The notes under the pieces were generated by a model. The model was not told where the DNA came from. It saw only the letters and a program-made list of their open reading frames with translations, and made no database searches. The position numbers were made by a program, and so were the translations under genes. Below, piece after piece: positions 7,565 through 15,249 of a DNA stretch of 16,526 bases; positions within the stretch are counted from its first letter, which is position 1; each line of letters starts with the position of its first letter. This stretch comes from Gemmatimonadota bacterium (GTDB lineage Bacteria > Gemmatimonadota > Gemmatimonadetes > Gemmatimonadales > Gemmatimonadaceae). Location of the stretch: the NCBI GenBank assembly GCA_031372565.1, contig JANMLN010000091.1, forward strand, positions 1 to 16,526. Reading direction: 5' to 3'.

Positions 7565-8649
7565 GACACGCCTCCGGCGAAGGCGCCACGACGGCGACGC
7601 TGGCGGAGCACGAAGGCAAGCACTTCGGCGACGGCCGCGTACAGCTCGGCGGGAATCATCATGCCGACCTTCGCCGAACGGATGAGCGCGCGCGCGAGCG
7701 GCTTGTTCTGGATCACGGGCACCTTGTGCTCGTAGGCGAGTTGCTTGATCCGCTCTGCGATCAGGCGCTCGCCCATGGCGAGCACGATCGGTGCGGGGGC
7801 GAACGTCGGGTCGTACTTGATCGCGATCGCTATGTGGGTCGGATTGACGAGCACGAGATCCGCCTTCTTGACGTCGGCGAACATCTGGCGGCGGATGCGC
7901 GCGCGTGCGACCTGCCGCATGCGCCCCTTCACCGCCGGATCGCCCTCGCTCTGCTTCATCTCCTGACGCACTTCTTCCTTCGTCATCTTGAGCGACTGCG
8001 TCAGCTGCCACTTCTGGTACATCCAGTCGGCGAGCGCGAGCGCCAGGAAGGCCGCACCGGCCGAGCCCAGCAGGGCCACGGAGTGCCGCTGCGCTGCGTC
8101 GAGCAGCGCCAGCGGCGACCGCACGCCCAGGTCCACGAGATCGGGCCACGCCTTCTCGAGCACGCGCCAGACGGCCCATCCGACAATGCCGAGCTTGACG
8201 AGCGCCTTGCCCAGTTCCGCCAGGCCGCCGAGTCCGAAGACGCGCTTCGCGTTCGAGAGCGGATTGAGGCGCGAGAAGTCCGGCGTGATCGGCTTGGCGG
8301 AGAGCACCCCCTGCCCTTGCACGCCCGCGACCGCGAACGCGGCCAGCGCGGTGCCGGCCGCGAGCGCGAGCACGATGGTCATCAGATCGACCGTCGCGCC
8401 CTTGAGCAGTTCGACCGCCACGCCTTCGCTGCCCGCCGCCTGGCCGAGCGCTCCCAGTTCGCCTGCCATCGATGTGGCGAGACGGCTACCAGCGGCCGGA
8501 GCAGCGAGCTTGAGCGTGGCCGCGGCCGTGAGCAGCGCGGCTGCGGTGCCGAGCTCTGGCGAGCGCGCCACACGCCCGTCGCGCTTCGCCTCATCGAGGC
8601 GCTTCTGCGTCGGTTCTTCGGAGCGTTCGAGATCGGAGCCGTCAGCCAC
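7561..8649 (-). CDS. flhB: Export switch protein FlhB (362 aa)
   Basis: ERSEEPTQKRL.EA...G.VARS.EL, KMTKEEVRQE.KQSEGDP, NPTH autocleavage motif and PLARAL. Confidence 0.97.
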   Translation of the reverse strand: MADGSDLERSEEPTQKRLDEAKRDGRVARSPELGTAAALLTAAATLKLAAPAAGSRLATSMAGELGALGQAAGSEGVAVELLKGATVDLMTIVLALAAGTALAAFAVAGVQGQGVLSAKPITPDFSRLNPLSNAKRVFGLGGLAELGKALVKLGIVGWAVWRVLEKAWPDLVDLGVRSPLALLDAAQRHSVALLGSAGAAFLALALADWMYQKWQLTQSLKMTKEEVRQEMKQSEGDPAVKGRMRQVARARIRRQMFADVKKADLVLVNPTHIAIAIKYDPTFAPAPIVLAMGERLIAERIKQLAYEHKVPVIQNKPLARALIRSAKVGMMIPAELYAAVAEVLAFVLRQRRRRGAFAGGVS

Positions 8650-8658
8650 GGTCGTTGC

Positions 8659-9447
8659 CTAGTGCGCCACGGCGCCCATGGCGCGCGTGGTCGTGATGAG
8701 GAAGGACTCGTACATCCCGCTCCAGCCGGAGAGCCAGCGCGCGATCCCGGGAAGCGTGGCGGCAACGGCGCCGAGTCCCAGCGCGATCTGCACCGGGAAG
8801 GCGAGCGTGAGCAGGTTGAGCTGCGGCGCGGCGCGACCCGCCACCGCCAGCGCGACGTTGGCGATGAGCACGACGCCCATGACCGGCGCGGCCATCTTGA
8901 TGCCGAGCGCGAAGAGCATCGAGGCGGAGCCCGCGATCGCGAAGGCACCGGCCTTGATGTCGATCGGGCTGCCGAGCCGCACCACGTCGGTCGAGTCGAC
9001 CAGCGTACCCAGCACGACCTGATGCAGGTTGAAGGTCAGCAGCAACGCGACGACGAAGAGGCGCATGAAGACGCCCATCGGGCCGACTTGCCCGCCGTCC
9101 AGCGGATCGATGAGCGCGCTGCCGTTGAGTCCGATCTGGATGGCGAGCACGTCGCCCGCGGTCTCGGCCGCCGCCACGATCAGGCCGGCGCCCAGCCCGA
9201 TGGCCATGCCGATGATCGTCTCGGAGATCGCGGTGACAGGGGTGAGCTGGACCTGGCCGTGCGTGGCCGCGACGGCCACCGGCGCCACGAGCAGCGTGAG
9301 CAGCACGAGGATGCCGACGCGCAGCAACCGCGGCATGCCGGTGGCGCTGAACGCCGGCGCGAGCATCAACACGCCGCCGGTGCGGAGCGCGAGCAGACCG
9401 AGGGCATCGGGGGTCCCCGGTGCGAGGAGATCGAAGCCGGGGGTCAT
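8659..9447 (-). CDS. fliR: Export apparatus protein FliR (262 aa; start corrected to 9447)
   Basis: AG...AIQIGL.....IDP and RAAPQLNLL.LAFP motifs; multi-TM; ATGA overlap with fliQ. Confidence 0.95.
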   Translation of the reverse strand: MTPGFDLLAPGTPDALGLLALRTGGVLMLAPAFSATGMPRLLRVGILVLLTLLVAPVAVAATHGQVQLTPVTAISETIIGMAIGLGAGLIVAAAETAGDVLAIQIGLNGSALIDPLDGGQVGPMGVFMRLFVVALLLTFNLHQVVLGTLVDSTDVVRLGSPIDIKAGAFAIAGSASMLFALGIKMAAPVMGVVLIANVALAVAGRAAPQLNLLTLAFPVQIALGLGAVAATLPGIARWLSGWSGMYESFLITTTRAMGAVAH

Positions 9448-9713
9448 GCGGCGAGACTCGGCAGGGACCGGAAGAGCTCGGCGGTGAAGTTCACCGCGAG
9501 CTGCAGCATCCATGGCAGGCCGATCAGGAAGACGAGGCCGACCGCCACGAGCTTGGGCACGAAGGCGAGCGTCTGCTCCTGGATCTGCGTGACCGCCTGC
9601 AGCACGCTGATCAGCAGGCCGACGACGAGCGCCACGAGCAGCAGCGGCCCGCCGAGCGCGAGCGCCATCATCATGGCGCGGCGCGCCAGGTCGACGACGA
9701 CGAGATCGGTCAT
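9444..9713 (-). CDS. fliQ: Export apparatus protein FliQ (89 aa)
   Basis: VGLLISVLQAVTQIQEQTLAFVPKL signature. Confidence 0.98.
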   Translation of the reverse strand: MTDLVVVDLARRAMMMALALGGPLLLVALVVGLLISVLQAVTQIQEQTLAFVPKLVAVGLVFLIGLPWMLQLAVNFTAELFRSLPSLAA

Positions 9714-11086
9714 GGACGGAACCCCTGCACGAGCCCCTGGATGACGAGCGTCCAGCCGTCGACCATCACGAAGAGCAGCAGCTTGAACGGCAGCGCGATC
9801 ATGGCCGGTGGCACCATCATCATGCCCATCGACATGAGCACCGATGCCACGACGACGTCGATCACGATGAAGGGGAGGAAGAGGGCGAAGCCGATCTGAA
9901 ACGCGGTGCGCAGTTCGCTGGTGACGAACGCCGACGTGAGCACGATCAGCGGCACCTCGTCTGGCGTGCGCGCCTGTGGCTGCCGGCTCAGGTTCATGAA
10001 CGAGGCGAGGTCCGACTCACGCACCTGCTTGAGCATGAAGGCGCGGAACGGCTTCGCGCCCTCCTGCAGCATGGCCGTCTGTTCCATCTTGCCATCCATC
10101 CACGGCTTGAGCGCCGACTCGTGCACGCGCTCGAGGGTGGGCGACATCACGAAGCCGGTGAGCAGCAGCGCGAGCCCGGCAACCAGCTGGTTAGGCGGCG
10201 CATTCTGCGCGCCGATGGCCTGGCGCAGGAACGAGAGCACGATGAGGATGCGGGTGAACCCCGTCATCATGAGCACGAGCATGGGGAGCAGCGTCAGCAA
10301 CCCCATCATCACGACGACGCCGACCGTGCCCGACAGGCGAAGTCCGCCCGCACCCGCATCGCCGACCTTGAGATCGATCGTCGGGGCGAGCTTCGGGAAC
10401 ACGCTGTCGATGCGCGCGACCGCGACGGTCGTCGCCGCCGCCGGAGTCGCGACCGGCGCGGCCGTGGCGGCGGCCTTGCCCCTCGTCGCGCTCTTCCTGG
10501 CCGCACCCTTCGGGGCGTTCTTTGCCGCGCTCTGTACCGCGTTCTGTACCGCGCTCTTCGCGGGCGCCTTGGCCACGGCCTTCGCGGCGGCCGCCTTGGC
10601 GGTGCGCGTCGCCGCGGCGACCGTTGCCGCTGGCGTGATGGTGGGTGTCGTCGTCGCGGCCTGTGCATTGACGCGAGCGCCGAGCGCAACCGACAGCACG
10701 AGTACGCCGACCATTCCGCCGACGGCCTTGCGGAACTGTCCGGCAAAGTTGCCGGGGAGGGCGGTCCAACCAGTTGTCGCTGGCGCATCGGCGGTAACCG
10801 CCGGCAGTTCGGTCGAGTGGCCCGCGATCCCTTCGTCTGCGTCGAGTTCGAGCAGCGTGTGCACGCCACCCTCACCCATGCTCACCGCCACCCGACGCGT
10901 GCCGATGCGCACGACCGCGATCCCCTGGCGTGGGCCGAGCGGCATGCGCGCGAGCACCTCGAGGGTGAGCGCGCCCGCGCCGCTGGTGCGCGGCACGAGG
11001 CGGCGCAGCCACTTGAGGGTCAGCACGAGGAGCGCCAGCACGATGGCCAGCACACCAAGCACGCCGATGAAGGAGGCGACAGGCAC
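9710..11086 (-). CDS. fliP: FliO-FliP fusion protein (458 aa)
   Basis: Residues 1-82 are FliO-like (TM plus EVLARMPLGPRQGIAVVRIG.RR). Residues ~250-458 are the FliP core (MMTGFTRILIVL, PPNQL, AFVTSELRTAFQIGF, GMMMVPP.MIALPFKLLLFV.VDGW). One open frame. Confidence 0.93.
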   Translation of the reverse strand: MPVASFIGVLGVLAIVLALLVLTLKWLRRLVPRTSGAGALTLEVLARMPLGPRQGIAVVRIGTRRVAVSMGEGGVHTLLELDADEGIAGHSTELPAVTADAPATTGWTALPGNFAGQFRKAVGGMVGVLVLSVALGARVNAQAATTTPTITPAATVAAATRTAKAAAAKAVAKAPAKSAVQNAVQSAAKNAPKGAARKSATRGKAAATAAPVATPAAATTVAVARIDSVFPKLAPTIDLKVGDAGAGGLRLSGTVGVVVMMGLLTLLPMLVLMMTGFTRILIVLSFLRQAIGAQNAPPNQLVAGLALLLTGFVMSPTLERVHESALKPWMDGKMEQTAMLQEGAKPFRAFMLKQVRESDLASFMNLSRQPQARTPDEVPLIVLTSAFVTSELRTAFQIGFALFLPFIVIDVVVASVLMSMGMMMVPPAMIALPFKLLLFVMVDGWTLVIQGLVQGFRP

Positions 11087-11107
11087 GAGTCGAGTGCGCG
11101 CTGAGGA

Positions 11108-11446
11108 CTACGCGGCCTGCGCGCCGTCGCCCGATGCGACCTGCGCGATCAGTTTGGTGATGCGAACGCCGAAGTACTCGCCGACCACCACCACCTCGCC
11201 CTCGGCAAAGCGACGATCGGCCACGATGACGTCGACCGGCTCGCCACGCATCCGGTCGAGCTGCACGACCGACCCGCGCCCGAGGCGCAACAGGTCCTGC
11301 ACGGTCATGCGCGTGCGGCCCAACTCGATCGACACGTTCATCGAGAGATCGAGGACGGCGGCGAGCGGCACTTCGCCCTGCTGAAAGCCGCCGGGCACCA
11401 GCTCGGCGTAGTCGGCCGGCGTCGTGGGAACAGGGGACTCATTCAT
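11108..11446 (-). CDS. fliN: Motor switch protein FliN (112 aa; start corrected to 11446)
   Basis: SpoA domain VLDL...VSIELGRTRM.V.DLLRL..GSVVQLD...GEPVD and GEVVVV.E.FGVRIT. Confidence 0.96.
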   Translation of the reverse strand: MNESPVPTTPADYAELVPGGFQQGEVPLAAVLDLSMNVSIELGRTRMTVQDLLRLGRGSVVQLDRMRGEPVDVIVADRRFAEGEVVVVGEYFGVRITKLIAQVASGDGAQAA

Positions 11447-11463
11447 GGGTCGGGAATCCGGGA

Positions 11464-12390
11464 CTAGTGGTCGGCGGTGACGAGCGACGAGGGTGCCGCA
11501 TCGATGAGGCGAATGGCGAGGCGCGGGCCAAGGCGGCCCGGAACGGCGTGGAAGCGATTGGTGCCCGCCACCTGCACATCGAGCGGCGTCGTGACGGGAA
11601 TGCCGGTGGCCAGTACCGCGCCGACGTGCAGGTCGAGCAGCGACTTGATCGGCGCGTTGAAATCGGGGAGCCGCGCCGCGACGTCGACATGCGTCGAGCG
11701 GATGGACGATTCCGCGAGCCCGCGGGCGATCAGGCGCTCGGCGTCCGTGCCCGCCATCTCCGAGACACGACGCGTTTCGCGCGTCGCGAAGAAGTCGCCG
11801 AGCACGTTGAGCGGGATCGCGATGTGGACCTGGGACGCGAAGCCGTCGACCACGATCGCGAGGATGGACACGAGCACCGGCTCCTCCTTCTGGAGCGCAC
11901 GCACCATGATCGGCAGCGACTCGAACGAGCGGAGCTGGAACTCGAGCGGCACGTAGTCGCGCCACGCATCAGCGAGCAGCCCGAGCAGCTTCTCGACCAC
12001 GAGGCGGACGGCCAGGCGCTCGATCGGCGAGAGGGCGCGCTCGATCTTCTGCGGCTCACCCATGCCACCGAAAAAGCGGTCAACGAGCAGCGTCGAGAAG
12101 TCGGCTCCGACCTCGACGACGCCCGTCTGGCCGCCGGTGTTCATCACTTCGAAGGCGTAGGCGGCACAGGGGGTGGGGAGCGCGCCCGTGAACTCGCCGA
12201 AGGCGATCACGTCGACCTGTGGGAAGTCGATCTCGACTTGCCCGCGAACGCGACCGAAGAGCCACGCCTCGAAGCCGCGAATGACGCGCTCGTGAATGGC
12301 GCTGATCGTCCGCATGCGATCGCGCGTGAGCCGGCGTGGCTTCGCGAAGTCGTAGTGCTCGGGCGGGCGGGAGACCGTGGGATCGGACAT
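11464..12390 (-). CDS. fliM: Motor switch protein FliM lacking the N-terminal CheY-binding peptide (308 aa)
   Basis: YDF.KP.RL..D.MR.I..IHE start of the middle domain, DRFFGG.G FliG-binding motif, R.LSPIE, and a C-terminal SpoA domain. Lies between fliL and fliN. Confidence 0.93.
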   Translation of the reverse strand: MSDPTVSRPPEHYDFAKPRRLTRDRMRTISAIHERVIRGFEAWLFGRVRGQVEIDFPQVDVIAFGEFTGALPTPCAAYAFEVMNTGGQTGVVEVGADFSTLLVDRFFGGMGEPQKIERALSPIERLAVRLVVEKLLGLLADAWRDYVPLEFQLRSFESLPIMVRALQKEEPVLVSILAIVVDGFASQVHIAIPLNVLGDFFATRETRRVSEMAGTDAERLIARGLAESSIRSTHVDVAARLPDFNAPIKSLLDLHVGAVLATGIPVTTPLDVQVAGTNRFHAVPGRLGPRLAIRLIDAAPSSLVTADH

Positions 12391-12397
12391 CGCGCGC

Positions 12398-12952
12398 CTA
12401 CTGGATGACGAACTGCGGGAAGAACACGCCGAACACCGTCTTCGGGCCCATGATGCCGTCGACGACCGTCTTGATCTCGTCCTTGATCAGCTCGCGCGCC
12501 GCCATGTCGGTGAGCTGCTCGACCGGCTTGGTGCCGAGGATGTGCAGGATGGCATCGCGGATCTCGGCTTCACGCGCGGTGAACTTCTCCTTGAGCGACA
12601 GGTTGCCGTAGCGGATGCTGACCGACACGAGGAGGTAGCGACCACCACCGGACCCCGCCGGGTTGAGCACCAGATTGTCGAGGAGGAGCGAGGTGCCGCC
12701 TTCGGCTTCGTTGCTCTTCTCGCCGGCCTTGCCGTGCTCACCACCGGCGCCGCCCTCGGTGGAATGTCCGGACTCTGCGTGCGCCGCCGGGGGCGGTACG
12801 AGTTGCTTCGCGATCATCGGGCCCGCGACGAAGGCGCCGGCTGCGCCGCCCGAGCTGATGCCCGCGAACGCGATTGCGAGCACCATGACGAGCTTCGGCT
12901 TGGCTGCTGGCGCAGTCGCGCCGTCAGCGGGAGCAGCGGTCTCTTCGGCCAT
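12398..12952 (-). CDS. fliL: Basal-body-associated protein FliL (184 aa)
   Basis: Single N-terminal TM, then LVLNPAGSGG.RYL, EIRDAIL.IL and C-terminal VFFPQFVIQ. Confidence 0.95.
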   Translation of the reverse strand: MAEETAAPADGATAPAAKPKLVMVLAIAFAGISSGGAAGAFVAGPMIAKQLVPPPAAHAESGHSTEGGAGGEHGKAGEKSNEAEGGTSLLLDNLVLNPAGSGGGRYLLVSVSIRYGNLSLKEKFTAREAEIRDAILHILGTKPVEQLTDMAARELIKDEIKTVVDGIMGPKTVFGVFFPQFVIQ

Positions 12953-13003
12953 GGGACATTCCGTGCAAGGAGGGGCGATGTGGATCAGGACATCTCCCTC
13001 TAA

Positions 13004-13019
13004 AGCACGGTGCGTGCCA
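13004..13019 (-). promoter_or_regulatory. Sigma54 (-24/-12) promoter for the fliL-fliA1 operon
   Basis: Minus strand TGGCACG-CACC-GTGCT. Confidence 0.85.
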
Positions 13020-13035
13020 AACTTTAGCCTCTGTT

Positions 13036-13060
13036 CAAGTTGTTGCTGTACAATGCTTTA
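13036..13060. promoter_or_regulatory. Inverted pair of IHF-like cores upstream of the fliL promoter
   Basis: CAAGTTGTTG-CTGTA-CAATGCTTTA (YAA-N4-TTG-N5-CAA-N4-TTR), an AT-rich island in high-GC DNA. Confidence 0.6.
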
Positions 13061-13077
13061 CGCCGTTTTCTCTGCGA

Positions 13078-13113
13078 GAGACATTCCTGCCGCCCCCGGC
13101 AGGAGTTGCCGAG
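13078..13113. promoter_or_regulatory. Putative sigma54-activator enhancer (fliL)
   Basis: Perfect dyad CGGCA-GGAGT-TGCCG-AG (13097-13113), plus a degenerate site GAGAC-ATTCC-TGCCG 19 nt nearer the promoter. Confidence 0.65.
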
Positions 13114-13160
13114 CATCGACCGTGGTTTCCGCTCACGACTGCGCGACGGAGTCACGCACA

Positions 13161-13196
13161 CGGCCCACGCCGTCGCGCTGGCGACGACGTGGGCCG
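13161..13196 (-). terminator. Strong hairpin after flgE (terminator or 3' stabiliser)
   Basis: Minus-strand RNA CGGCCCACGUCGUCGC-CAGC-GCGACGGCGUGGGCCG forms a 16-bp stem. Its one mismatch is a G-U pair only on the minus strand. No clear U-tract follows. Confidence 0.65.
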
Positions 13197-13233
13197 GTCG
13201 GGTACGAGCGCGCGCGGTGCGCGTCGGCGTGGC

Positions 13234-14556
13234 CTACCGCTTGATCGACATCAGGTCCTGCAGCATCTCGTCGGCCGCGGAGATCACCTTGCCGTTGGCC
13301 TGGAAGCCGCGCTGCGCGACGATCATGGAGGTGAACTCGGCCGCGAGGTCGACGTTCGACATCTCGAGCGCGCCCGAGGTGAGCGTGGAGGTTGAACCGG
13401 CGAGCGCATAGCCCAGCACGGGGCCTCCCGAGTTCGACGACTCCTGATACATGTTGTCGCCGACGCGGAGCAGGCCGGCCGGATTGTTGAAATCACCCAG
13501 CACGATCTGGGCGAGCGGAATGCTCACGCCGTTGCTGAAGATGCCGGTGATCGTGCCCGTGCGATCGATCGAGAAGTCCTGCAGCGTGCCTGACGTGTAG
13601 CCGTTCTGGTCGCGCGCGACGGCCGTGGTGGGCGACGCGAACTGCGTCACGCCGCTGAAGCCAGCCCCCGGATCAATGGTGATCGACACGGGTCCGGCAC
13701 CCGGCGGCGCGAAGGTGATCGTCTGCAACGTGGGCGACTGGAGGGTGCCGTCGGACGCGAAGGTGAACGTCCCGCTGCCCGTGATCGAGGCGGGCGCCAC
13801 ACCGGCGGCGACGAGCGTGCTCGGATCGATTTCCCACTGCCAGGTGTTCGTTGCCGTCTTGCGCATGTAGACGTGCACGTTGTACGGCGTGCCCAGCGAA
13901 TCGAACGCGGTGATCGAGGTCTCCGTCCAGGACTTCGCATTCGCCACGGTGCCGCGCGTGCCGCTGTTGAAGCCGGACGTGAGCGGGCCGGCGCCGTCCG
14001 GGTCGGTCGTGTCGAACACCGGCGCGGAGGCATCGAGATTGCCGCCGAAGGCCATCTGCGTGGTCTCCTTGGCGGCGGTCTTCTGGCCGAAGGGGAGCTT
14101 GATATCGGTGACGCCGTCCTGGAACACGCCGTTCACCGCCACGCGCCCCTGCACCACGAAGCCGTTTGCCGGCACGACGAGTTGGCCGTTCGCGTCCACC
14201 TGGAAGTTGCCGGCGCGCGAGTAGAACGACTGTGCGCCCTTGCGTGCGACGAAGAAGGCGTTGCCGGAGATCGCGACATCGGTCTTGAGGCCGGTCGTTT
14301 CGAGATTGCCCTGCGACATGAGCGTGTCGACCGAGCCGATCTGCATGCCGAGGCCGACCTGGATCGGATTGATGCCGCCTTGGTCGCCGGGCGGACGGCT
14401 GCCGCCCTGCAGCAACTGGGCGAACCCTTCCTTGAACGTCACGCGGCCGGACTTGAAGGCCGTCGAGTTCACGTTCGAGATGTTGTTGCCGATGACGTCG
14501 AGACGGATCTGGTGATTGCGGAGGCCGGAAACGCCGGAAAACAGTGAGCGCAGCAT
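13234..14556 (-). CDS. flgE: Flagellar hook protein FlgE (440 aa)
   Basis: MLRSLFSGVSGL.NHQ..LDVIGNNISNVN..AFK, YSRAGNF, FDSLG and LEMSNVDLA.EF..MIVAQRGFQAN. GAGG SD. Confidence 0.97.
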   Translation of the reverse strand: MLRSLFSGVSGLRNHQIRLDVIGNNISNVNSTAFKSGRVTFKEGFAQLLQGGSRPPGDQGGINPIQVGLGMQIGSVDTLMSQGNLETTGLKTDVAISGNAFFVARKGAQSFYSRAGNFQVDANGQLVVPANGFVVQGRVAVNGVFQDGVTDIKLPFGQKTAAKETTQMAFGGNLDASAPVFDTTDPDGAGPLTSGFNSGTRGTVANAKSWTETSITAFDSLGTPYNVHVYMRKTATNTWQWEIDPSTLVAAGVAPASITGSGTFTFASDGTLQSPTLQTITFAPPGAGPVSITIDPGAGFSGVTQFASPTTAVARDQNGYTSGTLQDFSIDRTGTITGIFSNGVSIPLAQIVLGDFNNPAGLLRVGDNMYQESSNSGGPVLGYALAGSTSTLTSGALEMSNVDLAAEFTSMIVAQRGFQANGKVISAADEMLQDLMSIKR

Positions 14557-14577
14557 GGATCAGTGTCCTCGTGAGGG

Positions 14578-15249
14578 TCAGTTGGCGGCGTCGACGGACG
14601 TCACACCGGAGAGCGGATAGGTGCGCGTGCCGCTGCGCAGGACGAGCCCGTTGGGTCCGAACTGCACGCCGTCTACATGCGCGGTGGCGAGCGTCGCGGG
14701 GGCGCTGGTGGCACCAGCCGCGTTGGTGAAGGCGAGCGAGATGGTGTACGTGCCGTTCGAGAGACCGTCGGCGAGATCACGGATGTCGAGCGCATGCCGT
14801 CCGGCAGCCACCCGGCCCATGTCCTGCGTGCGCACCACGCGGCCGGACGCATCCACCAGGTTCACGACCAGCGTGCCCGCACCCGGCAGCTCGGTGGCGA
14901 ACGGCGGGATGGCGTCGCCACCCACGGTCACGGTGTTGGTCGACACCGACACGTTCTTGCCGATCAGCCCGATGGCAGCCGAATTCTCGAGCGCCGTGGC
15001 GAGCCCGGCGTTGGTGCCGCCCTGCCCAGCGAGCGTGCTGTTGATGTTCATCAGCTGCTCGACCGAGGAGAACTGTGCGAGCTGCGTGGCCATCTGCGTC
15101 CCGTCCTGCGGGTTGAGCGGATCCTGGTGCTTCATCTGCGCGACGAGCAGCTTGACGAAATCGTCCTTGTCGAGCGACACGCCGCTCGTGAACGACGAAC
15201 TGGTGGGCGCGCTCGTGGACGACATCGTCCGGTGGACAGCGACGGTCAT
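14578..15249 (-). CDS. flgD: Hook-capping protein FlgD (223 aa)
   Basis: LDKDDFVKLLVAQMKHQDPLNP.D......QLAQFSSVEQL signature; ATGA overlap with the upstream gene. Confidence 0.96.
   Translation of the reverse strand: MTVAVHRTMSSTSAPTSSSFTSGVSLDKDDFVKLLVAQMKHQDPLNPQDGTQMATQLAQFSSVEQLMNINSTLAGQGGTNAGLATALENSAAIGLIGKNVSVSTNTVTVGGDAIPPFATELPGAGTLVVNLVDASGRVVRTQDMGRVAAGRHALDIRDLADGLSNGTYTISLAFTNAAGATSAPATLATAHVDGVQFGPNGLVLRSGTRTYPLSGVTSVDAAN

Noticed and set aside
990..11965. ORF-track N-terminal extensions of FlgF, FlhG, FlhF, FlhA, FliR and FliN that look like fusions
   Set aside because: They overlap upstream genes or promoters. Family N-termini, SD sites and start/stop overlaps support the shorter starts.
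12700..12790. His/Glu/Gly-rich linker in FliL as a metal-binding novelty
   Set aside because: Similar low-complexity linkers after the TM are common in FliL.
2750..13027. Plus-strand TAAAG at 2750 and 13001 as sigma28 -35 boxes
   Set aside because: No GCCGATAA-like -10 at the right spacing and the orientation is antisense. They are the flank of the sigma54 -12 element.
12953..13233. Riboswitch (e.g. c-di-GMP) or sRNA in the flgE-fliL gap
   Set aside because: I saw no recognisable aptamer motifs, and the gap is largely explained by the hairpin, enhancer, IHF-like site and promoter. An Rfam scan was not run.
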